Below the pieces are notes generated by a model. The model made no database searches, was not told the DNA's origin, and worked only from the letters and a program-made list of their open reading frames with translations. From the NCBI GenBank assembly GCA_009784425.1, contig WRBR01000001.1:1-63754 (forward strand): a DNA stretch of 63,754 nucleotides, in the 5' to 3' direction. The DNA is from Coriobacteriia bacterium (lineage in GTDB: Bacteria > Actinomycetota > Coriobacteriia > Coriobacteriales > UBA8131). The position numbers were made by a program, and so were the translations under genes. Numbering within the stretch: position 1 is the first letter of the stretch; each line of letters starts with the position of its first letter. Of this stretch, positions 35,906 through 43,512 are shown piece after piece.

Positions 35906-38728
35906 GTGGGTTTTCAGCATGTTGTTTCAACGGAGGTCGCCTTGGCAAGCAGACATCAGAGCAAGTCAGCAGACAAGGCACTTGCTGCCGAGCGCTTTGT
36001 TGAGGAGTGGCAGGACCGCGGCCAAGAGGATGAGCATGATGAGACCTTCTGGAACCAGTTTCTGCAAGAAGTCATGGGCATCGACCGCGTTCACCACATC
36101 ATTGACTACCAGAAGAAAGTGAAGATAGGCGGCTCATGGAAGCGCATTGATGCTTACATTCCCAGTTCCAAGGTGCTGATTGAGCAAAAGACAAGAGGCA
36201 TTGACCTCACCAAAGGAGCCAAGCAATCCGACGGCAGCGAACTTACGCCTTTTGAGCAGGCAATGCGCTACGCAGGGTATCTGCCCGCAAGCGAGCAGCC
36301 CAGCTACATCATCACCTCCAACTTTCAAGAGTTTTACATCTATGACAGAGATAATGACCCGGCAGGGGAGGAGCCGGTGGTTGTTTCACTTGAGGAGCTG
36401 CCTCAGCAGCTGCAGGTATTCAGCTTCATCGTTGACCCGGTCAACCGAAAGATTGCCAAACAGCAGCAGGTCAACCTCGATGCCGCCAAGCTCATTGGCG
36501 AAGTCTACGAAAGCGTAAGCAAGCAATACCACGACCCCGATGCCTCAAGGCATGACCTGGCAGTGCTCATGGTGCGCGTACTCTTTTGCCTCTATGCTGA
36601 GGACAGCGCGCTCTTTGAGCGCAATCTCTTCTACGATTACCTCAAGGAGATTCCCGCAGGCGAAGGCGTGTTTCGTGACGCGCTCATCAAGCTCTTTAGG
36701 GTGCTCAACACGCCGGTAGATGAGCGAGATGCCTATTTGGGCGAAACACTTGCACAGTTTCCCTATGTCAACGGCGGCCTTTTTGCTGATGAGATTGAGA
36801 TTCCCATCTTTACCAACGACATCAAGTTCCAAATGCTCCAAAAGGCAGGCTATGAGTTCAACTGGTCAGAGATATCACCGGTAATCTTTGGCTCAATCTT
36901 CGAGAGCATCCTCTCAGGAGACGAGCGCCGCGCCGGAGGCATGCACTACACCAGTGTAGAAAACATCCACAAGGTCATTGACCCCTTGTTCTTGGGTGAG
37001 CTCCGCCTTGAATTTCAAAAAGCCGGCAACAACAAAGCCAAACTGCGCGAGCTGCAAGACAAGATTGCCTCACTCAAATTCCTCGACCCCGCCTGCGGCA
37101 GCGGCAACTTCCTTACTGAGACCTATATAGAGCTCCGCGCTCTAGAAAACGAGATCCTCGGCAAACTCTTTGGCGAGCAAATGGCTATCGAGTACCAAGA
37201 GGAAGGCTTTCCGTCTTTCGTGAAGGTCAACGTAGGCCAGTTCTATGGCATTGAGATCAACGATTTTGCTGTTTCCGTTGCCAACACTGCGTTATGGATT
37301 GCCGATCACCAATCAAACCAACAAACTGCAAAAATCATCAACCGCCCCGTGGTGAACCTACCCCTGAAAAACTACGACAACATTGTCTGCGCCAATGCCC
37401 TCCGCATTGACTGGAATGAGGTGATTCCGGCAAGCGCGTGTGACTACATCATGGGTAATCCCCCGTTTATTGGCAAAAAGGAACAGACCAAAGAACAGAA
37501 AAACGAACTAATAGATGTAATCGGGAAATCAAAGCGATCAGGGGAGCTAGATTATGTTGCCGGCTGGTACTACAAAGCCACTGACTATATGCGAGACAAT
37601 ACTGAAGCTGCGTTTGTGTCTACAAATTCGATAACACAAGGCCAGCAAGTACAGCCTCTCTGGCAAGTACTTTTTGAGCGCGGTGTCCGGATTGCATTTG
37701 CACACAGAACCTTTGTTTGGAGGTCTGAGGCAGTGGATTCCGCACACGTCCACGTTGTTATCATCGGTTTTTCGTATAAAAAGTGCTTACCTGTGCTCTA
37801 CACCTACCCAAAAACCAGAACTGACCCAGTGCGGCTCATTGTCCAGAATATTAATGCCTATTTGGCTGACGCACCGGACGTGTTCATTGAGAGCAGAAAA
37901 ATGCAGATATCCAATGCTCCTACAATGAATTATGGAAGTATGCCTATTGATGACGGGGCGCTAATTGTTTCTCAAGACGAATACGAGCTGCTAATAAACA
38001 AAGAACCGGGCACTTTAAAGCTTTTACGCCGCTATCTAGGTGGCCAAGAGTTAATCAACAATAAAACAAGGTACTGTATCTGGCTCAAAGACATTCCGCC
38101 TACGGAGTTCAAAGAATCAGACTTTGTAACAGGGAGAATAAGAAAATGTCAGGAATTCAGACTCTCAAGCAGTAGGCCAACCACTTTGAACTTGGCAAAA
38201 ACTCCTTACCTGTTTGGCGAAATAAGACAACCAGACAACAAAATGCTTGTAATAGCGAAAGTGTCTTCTGAAAACCGCGATTATCTACCTTTAGGGTTTG
38301 TAGAGCCGGAAGTGATTGTAAATGGCAGCGCTCTGATTTTGCCAGACGCAAATCTATACCATTTCGGCATATTGAGCTCACAATTCCATAATTCTTGGAT
38401 GCGTGCTGTCGGAGGCCGCTTGGAATTACGCTATCAGTACTCAAAAGATATTGTATACAACAGCTTCGTTTGGCCGGAGAGCGGCTCAGATGTGGAAAAG
38501 AGGATTGCGCAATGCGCGCAGAGCATCCTGGACGCACGAGCTGCCTACCCAGATAGCTCCCTCGCCGACCTCTACGACCCCCTCACTATGCCACCCGACT
38601 TACTCAAAGCCCACAAAGCCCTCGACAAAGCCGTCGAACAAGCCTACGGCGTAAACTTCAACGGCGACGAAGAAAAAATAGTCGCCCACCTCTTCAAACT
38701 CTACGCCGAAGCCACAAAAGGAGTATAA
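35906..38728 (+). CDS. MmeI-like Type IIL restriction-modification enzyme (fused PD-(D/E)xK nuclease + gamma-class N6-adenine methyltransferase + target-recognition domain)
   Basis: N-terminal RIDAYIPSSKVLIEQK (D-x10-ExK), MTase motif I LDPACGSGNFL and motif IV GNPPFIG, with a long C-terminal TRD. The architecture is collinear with MmeI. A TTG at 35942 behind GGAGG is an alternative start. Confidence 0.85.
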   Translation: MGFQHVVSTEVALASRHQSKSADKALAAERFVEEWQDRGQEDEHDETFWNQFLQEVMGIDRVHHIIDYQKKVKIGGSWKRIDAYIPSSKVLIEQKTRGIDLTKGAKQSDGSELTPFEQAMRYAGYLPASEQPSYIITSNFQEFYIYDRDNDPAGEEPVVVSLEELPQQLQVFSFIVDPVNRKIAKQQQVNLDAAKLIGEVYESVSKQYHDPDASRHDLAVLMVRVLFCLYAEDSALFERNLFYDYLKEIPAGEGVFRDALIKLFRVLNTPVDERDAYLGETLAQFPYVNGGLFADEIEIPIFTNDIKFQMLQKAGYEFNWSEISPVIFGSIFESILSGDERRAGGMHYTSVENIHKVIDPLFLGELRLEFQKAGNNKAKLRELQDKIASLKFLDPACGSGNFLTETYIELRALENEILGKLFGEQMAIEYQEEGFPSFVKVNVGQFYGIEINDFAVSVANTALWIADHQSNQQTAKIINRPVVNLPLKNYDNIVCANALRIDWNEVIPASACDYIMGNPPFIGKKEQTKEQKNELIDVIGKSKRSGELDYVAGWYYKATDYMRDNTEAAFVSTNSITQGQQVQPLWQVLFERGVRIAFAHRTFVWRSEAVDSAHVHVVIIGFSYKKCLPVLYTYPKTRTDPVRLIVQNINAYLADAPDVFIESRKMQISNAPTMNYGSMPIDDGALIVSQDEYELLINKEPGTLKLLRRYLGGQELINNKTRYCIWLKDIPPTEFKESDFVTGRIRKCQEFRLSSSRPTTLNLAKTPYLFGEIRQPDNKMLVIAKVSSENRDYLPLGFVEPEVIVNGSALILPDANLYHFGILSSQFHNSWMRAVGGRLELRYQYSKDIVYNSFVWPESGSDVEKRIAQCAQSILDARAAYPDSSLADLYDPLTMPPDLLKAHKALDKAVEQAYGVNFNGDEEKIVAHLFKLYAEATKGV

Positions 38729-38897
38729 ATGCCAATCCCATCCCAAACAGAGATGTTCAGACCCACATGCTGACCTCATACTTATCGATGGCGCGCACCT
38801 AACAAGCCTGATGATAGATTACGATCTAGGTGTGACCGCATACGAGACAATCAAACTCAAGCGCCTCGATTCAGATTATTTTATCCGCGATGAGTAA
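38729..38897 (+). pseudogene. remnant of an Mrr-type methylation-dependent restriction endonuclease (internal deletion plus frameshift)
   Basis: ATG at 38729 gives MPIPSQTEMFRPTC then a stop, which resembles an Mrr N-terminus. A different frame from 38772 reads DLILIDGAHLTSLMIDYDLGVTAYETIKLKRLDSDYFIRDE, which resembles an Mrr C-terminus. The roughly 250 aa in between are missing. Confidence 0.7.
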
Positions 38898-38903
38898 AGC
38901 AAA

Positions 38904-38980
38904 GGTGTCACGGGGACGAATGTGTCACGGGGAAAGGTGTCACGGGGACGAGGTGTCACGGGGACGAATAATTTGACACC
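38904..38980. repeat. tandem array of 4 x GGTGTCACGGGGA(C/A)
   Basis: Unit starts are at 38904, 38922, 38936 and 38952. The last unit closes with TGACACC, forming a hairpin with GGGGACG in the loop. Confidence 0.85.
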
Positions 38981-38982
38981 TG

Positions 38983-39513
38983 CTACAGCGAATGAAGATA
39001 CTTCATGATTCTAGTTGCATTGTCTAGAGACAGCTTTTCGATTGCGCCATGCTTTAAGTAGGTGTTCACATTTCCCGCATCTAGATTTAGGTAATGACTA
39101 ATTTGCGAGTTTGGCACTCCCTTTTCCTTTTGCAGCTGCACGCTCTTTTCCCATCTAAGCTTCTTCGACTCATTGCGTGTGTCGATTCTTTGATACGCAG
39201 CTTTGAATGAAAGCAAGGCTTTCTCATACCTATCAGGCAGTTGCACCTCATCTAAAATAGCTGGATCGTCAAGATTCTTCTCTCTGAGCATCTGTGAAAG
39301 CGCAGCTAATTCCTCCAAGAAATCTTCTCGATAGAGAAAGCTCCGCAATCGCTCAACTTTGCCTGCTGCTATAGCGTAGAGCACGAGACGCTCCTGTAAC
39401 CGAGGCTTTGATGTTTGCGCCAAATAGGCGAGTCTGCGCATATTGAGCGTGCTCTCCCCAGAAAGATAGGAAAGCTCTCGAGTTACCCAGCCCTCAAAAC
39501 TAGGACGTCTCAT
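38983..39513 (-). CDS. helical protein with C-terminal XRE/Cro-like HTH, partner of the upstream nucleotidyltransferase
   Basis: Start chosen at ATG 39513, behind GAAGG. It overlaps the end of the upstream gene by 14 nt in another frame. C-terminal GVPNSQISHYLNLDAGNVNTYLKHG...LSLDNATRIMKYL fits an HTH. Confidence 0.65.
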   Translation of the reverse strand: MRRPSFEGWVTRELSYLSGESTLNMRRLAYLAQTSKPRLQERLVLYAIAAGKVERLRSFLYREDFLEELAALSQMLREKNLDDPAILDEVQLPDRYEKALLSFKAAYQRIDTRNESKKLRWEKSVQLQKEKGVPNSQISHYLNLDAGNVNTYLKHGAIEKLSLDNATRIMKYLHSL

Positions 39514-40099
39514 TATTACCTTCAATCGAATGTGCAAGGTCAACAATCACTTGATAGCGGGACAAGAAGGTCTCCCACTCTTCTTCGGTGTCATAGTTCA
39601 CGCGCATCTCTACATCGTTTTTGAGTATCGATTGAAGCAGCTTCATATCAAGCTCACCGCTGTAAACCATGTCCTTCAAATCGCCTTGGTCTATTTCTCG
39701 AAAGGCATCCAGTTTCAAAATAGCCAAGTCCTCATTAGAGGGGGAATAAACATCGAGCACCATGCCCTCGAAGGGCACCCTCTGTCGTCGAATCAACCAG
39801 TTTTCAGGTAGTCGAAATCTATAGTTTGCAACCTGTTGATTCATATCGTACCGCTCAAGGAGGCCTTTTATTTCTTGGGCAGCCTCCATAACATCAATGT
39901 CAGTTGTAACTCTTGTGTCAACAGTCAAACCAAGCACCATTAGTGCGCTTCCTCCAACTATTGTCATTTCAACGCGAGAGCCAAAAGGAACAAGTGAAAG
40001 AAGGTCATCGTCTAACTGCTCAAAACGGCGGATTACGCCGTCGATACCAAAGTGATCCATGTGAGCCCTTTCAGGACAAATCTTAGTTAGTGTAAACAT
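39500..40099 (-). CDS. minimal nucleotidyltransferase (Pol-beta superfamily, MNT/DUF6036-like)
   Basis: The G[GS]-x(n)-DxD signature is IVGGSALMVLGLTVDTRVTTDIDV, followed by a helical C-terminal half. An alternative start at ATG 40060 (MDHFGIDG) has a better SD (AAAGGG). Confidence 0.65.
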   Translation of the reverse strand: MFTLTKICPERAHMDHFGIDGVIRRFEQLDDDLLSLVPFGSRVEMTIVGGSALMVLGLTVDTRVTTDIDVMEAAQEIKGLLERYDMNQQVANYRFRLPENWLIRRQRVPFEGMVLDVYSPSNEDLAILKLDAFREIDQGDLKDMVYSGELDMKLLQSILKNDVEMRVNYDTEEEWETFLSRYQVIVDLAHSIEGNNETS

Positions 40100-40122
40100 T
40101 GTAAATAAAAAGGGAGAAATTG

Positions 40123-40151
40123 TAAATATAAGAGCGCACCGCAGGTGTCAA
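40123..40151 (-). promoter_or_regulatory. putative sigma-70-type promoter of the nucleotidyltransferase-HTH operon
   Basis: On the minus strand: TTGACA (the reverse complement of a GGTGTCAA repeat word), a 17-nt spacer, then TATTTA, 24 nt upstream of ATG 40099. Confidence 0.4.
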
Positions 40152-40356
40152 GGTGTCACGGAGGAAGGTGTCACGGGAGGGGAGTCACAGGGACGTCAGA
40201 CTGTGTGAAAACACATTAATTCGTCATTCCGGGCTTGACCCGGAATCTAATAACATGCCATTCAAGATTCCGGGTCAAGCCCGGAATGACGTTTTCACAC
40301 AGTCTGACGTCCCTGTGACACCCGTGACACCCCTTGACACTCCATCCCCGTGACAC
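40144..40356. repeat. composite palindrome: outer arrays of GGTGTCA(A/C) words enclosing a 118-bp nested-hairpin element (40193-40310)
   Basis: Left GGTGTCAAGGTGTCACGGAGGAAGGTGTCACGGGAGGGGAGTCACAGGGAC, mirrored at 40311-40356. The inner element has ACGTCAGACTGTGTGAAAA termini and two ATTCCGGGCTTGACCCGGAAT hairpins. Confidence 0.85.
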
Positions 40357-40465
40357 TCTCATGTCTTCTATTGGCTCTGCCCCTCGCTCATTCGCTTGCT
40401 TTTCACTTGGTATGATGAGATAATAACTCAACGTACTGAGTAATTTGTGTTTCCAAGGAGGATCT

Positions 40466-41737
40466 ATGGAGTATAGTCGGAAACTCGTCTCCCAGCTAGC
40501 TTGGAGGCTGCAAGAGCCCCGCCAGTTCATCCAGATTGTGGTTGGACCGCGGCAAACCGGCAAAACTACAGCGGTTAGTCAGGCGCTCTCTGATATCTCC
40601 ACACCCATACACTTTGTTAGTGCTGACGATCCGGGACTGCTTTCACAAAGCTGGCTTAAAAACGAATGGGAGAGAGCGCGAGTCCTGAGTGAAAGCTCAG
40701 AGCTTGGTGCAATTCTCGTTGTTGACGAGATTCAGAAGATTCCTCAGTGGTCTTCTGTTGTAAAGCTGATGTGGGATGAAGACACGCGATTCAAAACACC
40801 GGTAAGAGTTGTACTCACCGGCTCTTCATCGCTGCTTCTCAAAAAAGGCATGAGTGAATCTCTTGCAGGACGTTTTGAGGTGCTGTATTCACCGCATTGG
40901 AACCTCGAGGAATGCAGAGAGGCATTTGGTTACACTCTTGAAGACTTCCTCTACTTTGGGGGATATCCTGGAGCAGCCAGTATTCGTAAATCGGTTGAGC
41001 GGTGGAGACGATACATGAGTACTTCAATCGTTGAGCCCACGATTTCTCAGGATGTGCTGCAAATGGAAGAAATCCGCAAGCCTGCTCTTATGAGAGCACT
41101 CTTCTATTTAGGTGCAGCTTATTCTGCACAAGAACTGTCGTATGTAAAGCTTCAGGGGCAATTGCAAGACGTTGGCAACACCGTTACCCTAGCTCATTAT
41201 CTGGAGCTACTGGGACGCGCCGGCATGCTTTGCGGGCTTGAGAAGTTCACCTTTGAAAAGGTGAGCCAACGCAAAAGCTCCCCCCGTTTTATGGTTTTTG
41301 ATACATCGCTCTTGGTTCACGCAGCAGATGTTTCATGTGCTCAGGCTCTTGAGGACACCGGTTTTCGCGGCCATCTTGTGGAGAGTGCAGTTGGGGCGTA
41401 TCTCCTTGCACGCTCACAGGAAGAAGGGTTCAAGGTGTTTTACTGGCGTGAGCGCAACCACGAGGTAGACTTTGTGCTACAAAAAGGGGCTTCTATTACC
41501 GCTATAGAGGTCAAGAGTGGGCGAGTGCGAGGATTAGACGGCAGCCAGGCTTTTCTCAAGCGTTACCCACAAGCACTTTGCTACGTGGTAGGCGGTAAAA
41601 CCTGCCCTCTGGAAGAATTCTTGTTAGGAAAGGTGACACTCTTCAAGGCAGCTGACAGAGCAACGGATACAACACCGGTTACCCCTGCAGAAATCATAGG
41701 CGCGTTTAGAGAGTACCTGGGAGAGCGAGCTGACTAA
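40466..41737 (+). CDS. AAA-type ATPase with C-terminal DUF4143 (restriction-endonuclease-like) domain
   Basis: Walker A GPRQTGKTT, Walker B ILVVDEIQ, and C-terminal NHEVDFVL...AIEVKSG motif. Start at ATG 40466 behind AAGGAGG. Confidence 0.8.
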   Translation: MEYSRKLVSQLAWRLQEPRQFIQIVVGPRQTGKTTAVSQALSDISTPIHFVSADDPGLLSQSWLKNEWERARVLSESSELGAILVVDEIQKIPQWSSVVKLMWDEDTRFKTPVRVVLTGSSSLLLKKGMSESLAGRFEVLYSPHWNLEECREAFGYTLEDFLYFGGYPGAASIRKSVERWRRYMSTSIVEPTISQDVLQMEEIRKPALMRALFYLGAAYSAQELSYVKLQGQLQDVGNTVTLAHYLELLGRAGMLCGLEKFTFEKVSQRKSSPRFMVFDTSLLVHAADVSCAQALEDTGFRGHLVESAVGAYLLARSQEEGFKVFYWRERNHEVDFVLQKGASITAIEVKSGRVRGLDGSQAFLKRYPQALCYVVGGKTCPLEEFLLGKVTLFKAADRATDTTPVTPAEIIGAFREYLGERAD

Positions 41738-42062
41738 GGAGTTCTCCTGGCTCAGGTTGTAAGCGATATCTCCTTTAGCAAGCGCTCGCTGAGGGTCACC
41801 TTTGACCCTGCTATCAAGGGAATCGACACTGAGGTATTGCTCAGCGTAAGCCCTTATTCTAATCACGCAGAGTTTGTTGGTGCTCCCATAGCGTTTGACG
41901 ATAGTCTTGGTACGCGGCTAAGACCAGCTCTAGATGAGATAGAGACATTTCTGTTAGATGGTACAAATCTTGGCGCGCTTTCAACAGCGGAAGTATATCG
42001 CATGGGAACCGGCAAAGAGCTCTGAAGTTGAGCCCTGCTGGTCATTCCAAGTTTTTGCTAGA

Positions 42063-42220
42063 TTTTGCCTGAAAACGCGTCCTGTGGGTACTATTTTTCA
42101 AGCCAGGAGCGTTGTCCTGGAATGACCCGCGCAATCTACCAGCAGTTTAGCAATCCAAGAAATTCTGAAGGGCTCCACCATAAAAAGAAAAGTACCCACA
42201 GGGCGCGTTTTCAGGCAAAA
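42063..42220. repeat. MITE-like element with 30-bp terminal inverted repeats (29/30)
   Basis: TTTTGCCTGAAAACGCGTCCTGTGGGTACT at 42063-42092, with its complement at 42191-42220. Internal small hairpin CCAGGA-GCGTTG-TCCTGG. Confidence 0.75.
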
Positions 42221-42317
42221 ACGCTTCTTTTTATGGAATGAAACCACTGCCTGCACCGCCAGTAGCGCCGGGAGTGAATGGTGACCAATAATTATCGGGA
42301 ATTTGGCAGGATAAAAC

Positions 42318-42333
42318 GGTGTCACGTGACACC
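42318..42333. repeat. 16-bp perfect palindrome GGTGTCACGTGACACC
   Basis: Read directly. It lies about 35 nt downstream of the stop of the zinc-ribbon gene. Confidence 0.8.
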
Positions 42334-42366
42334 GAAGGGGCGATACAGCAATAGGAGTTCTTGTGT

Positions 42367-43011
42367 CTAATGCCTGATGCGATTCTTAGCAGACTGCCTC
42401 TGGTTTCTCTTCTTCTGTTTCTCCTCACAAACCTTGCAGCAATACACTGAGCTAGAGCTTGGCCTTACCGATGTGTCCGTTTGCTTTCTTTTAAATACCC
42501 TCTCGCAGCCGACACAGGCACATCGCCTCCAAGGAGCATCATCGGCAATCGTGTTAATAGTCTGGTTGCTTATTGCCCATGTTGGTGAAAGCCTATCACG
42601 CAGCCTTCGGTTGTTAAGAATAATGTCATATGGATAGTAGGTCGAGTCGAGAATGAGCGATAAATCAATGTCGGCAGCCTCTCCAATAACGTATCTCCTT
42701 AAATCTTTGACTATTGACTGGAAAAAGCTGATTGAGGACACTGTTTCATCGAACGAGAATATGACATCAAACATGTCAAAGAACTCTCTTGAATACTCTG
42801 TGATGTTGATGGCTTCACTGTGCCTTGCGTAACTCCTATCACCCTTGAACACAGAATACCTTCTATATGGAGAGAGGGGAACGCCCCACTTACTGATAAA
42901 GGTGAAGACGCTTTCTTCGTTTGCCGGGTCAACATCCATGATTTGATGATTGAAGAATTCGGTAGGAAGAAGATGCATCTTGCCTCTTACAGAGGTTGCC
43001 CTGTATATCAA
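42367..43011 (-). CDS. hypothetical protein with C-terminal CxxC...CxxC zinc ribbon and basic tail (CGNR-zinc-finger-like)
   Basis: 214-aa ORF in visibly AT-richer DNA. C-terminus reads CACVGCERVF-x17-CCKVCEEKQKKRNQRQSAKNR. Confidence 0.5.
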   Translation of the reverse strand: MIYRATSVRGKMHLLPTEFFNHQIMDVDPANEESVFTFISKWGVPLSPYRRYSVFKGDRSYARHSEAINITEYSREFFDMFDVIFSFDETVSSISFFQSIVKDLRRYVIGEAADIDLSLILDSTYYPYDIILNNRRLRDRLSPTWAISNQTINTIADDAPWRRCACVGCERVFKRKQTDTSVRPSSSSVYCCKVCEEKQKKRNQRQSAKNRIRH

Positions 43012-43084
43012 GAAACTGCCATCAACAACCTCAATCGCTCTGCTGAAGATGTCTTTATGAACTGGGCTCTCACAGGCTTTTGTT

Positions 43085-43304
43085 TTGTCTATCGAGGGAA
43101 CCTGGGTGCATTTCTACGAGCACGACCAAGCCTTCGAGCGTTTGTGGAATAATCCAAAGCGTTACATCAAGATATTGCAGCGGTTTGCAGGCTCAATCAG
43201 TCCTGATTTCAGTCTTTATCCTGACATGCCCCATCCATACAAGCAGTGGAACAACTACAGGAATTATGCCTGTGGTGTTTGGTTTCAATCTCAAGGACAG
43301 CTAG
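43085..43304 (+). pseudogene. N-terminal fragment of a DUF4417-family gene
   Basis: VHFYEHDQAFERLWNNPKRYIKILQRFAGSISPDFSLYPDMPHPYKQWNNYRNYACGVWFQSQG matches my memory of the DUF4417 N-terminal consensus. Similarity ends near 43300. Confidence 0.5.
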
Positions 43305-43511
43305 TCTCGCAGGCTGATAGAGAACTATGGTGGTACTGGGCATTGGCTCGGTGGAAACAAGGAGACAGTGGACTTTGGACGCATCATCGGAGGCTGGGTT
43401 AACAAGAAAACCGACAGGATTGAGCCAACCCAGATAGGAATCATCCATTATGGTCGAAATGGTGCGCACATTGTACCCTCCAATCCCAATCCAATAGTTG
43501 GAAGGAACTAG
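43305..43511 (+). pseudogene. C-terminal fragment of a polymorphic-toxin-like domain (Ntox50-like ending), with no start codon of its own
   Basis: An open frame without an initiator reads ...GGNKETVDFGRIIGGWVNKKTDRIEPTQIGIIHYGRNGAHIVPSNP. The IHY-x3-G-x-HIVP ending resembles toxin-50-type C-termini. Its stop lies 1 nt before the next ATG. Confidence 0.35.
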
Positions 43512-43512
43512 A

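Noticed and set aside
38904-38980. The tandem GGTGTCACGGGGAC units looked superficially like a CRISPR array.
   Set aside because: The units are only 13-14 nt long and separated by 1-5 nt. There are no unique spacers of 25-40 nt and no cas genes in the window. This is a tandem word array, not a CRISPR.
38983-39012. An RxxxxxH motif (RIMKYLH) at the extreme C-terminus of the HTH partner might indicate a HEPN toxin.
   Set aside because: It lies inside the predicted recognition/third helix of an XRE-type HTH. It lacks the usual R-[NQDH]-xxx-H context and the HEPN helical bundle, so it is most likely coincidental.
41738-42062. Short ORFs 41624-41866(-), 41837-42025(+) and 41863-42045(-) between the DUF4143 ATPase gene and the TIR element; possible remnant of a recombinase or other island gene.
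   Set aside because: None of the six frames gave a motif I could recognise, and the frames are interrupted. I left them unannotated as probable gene debris.
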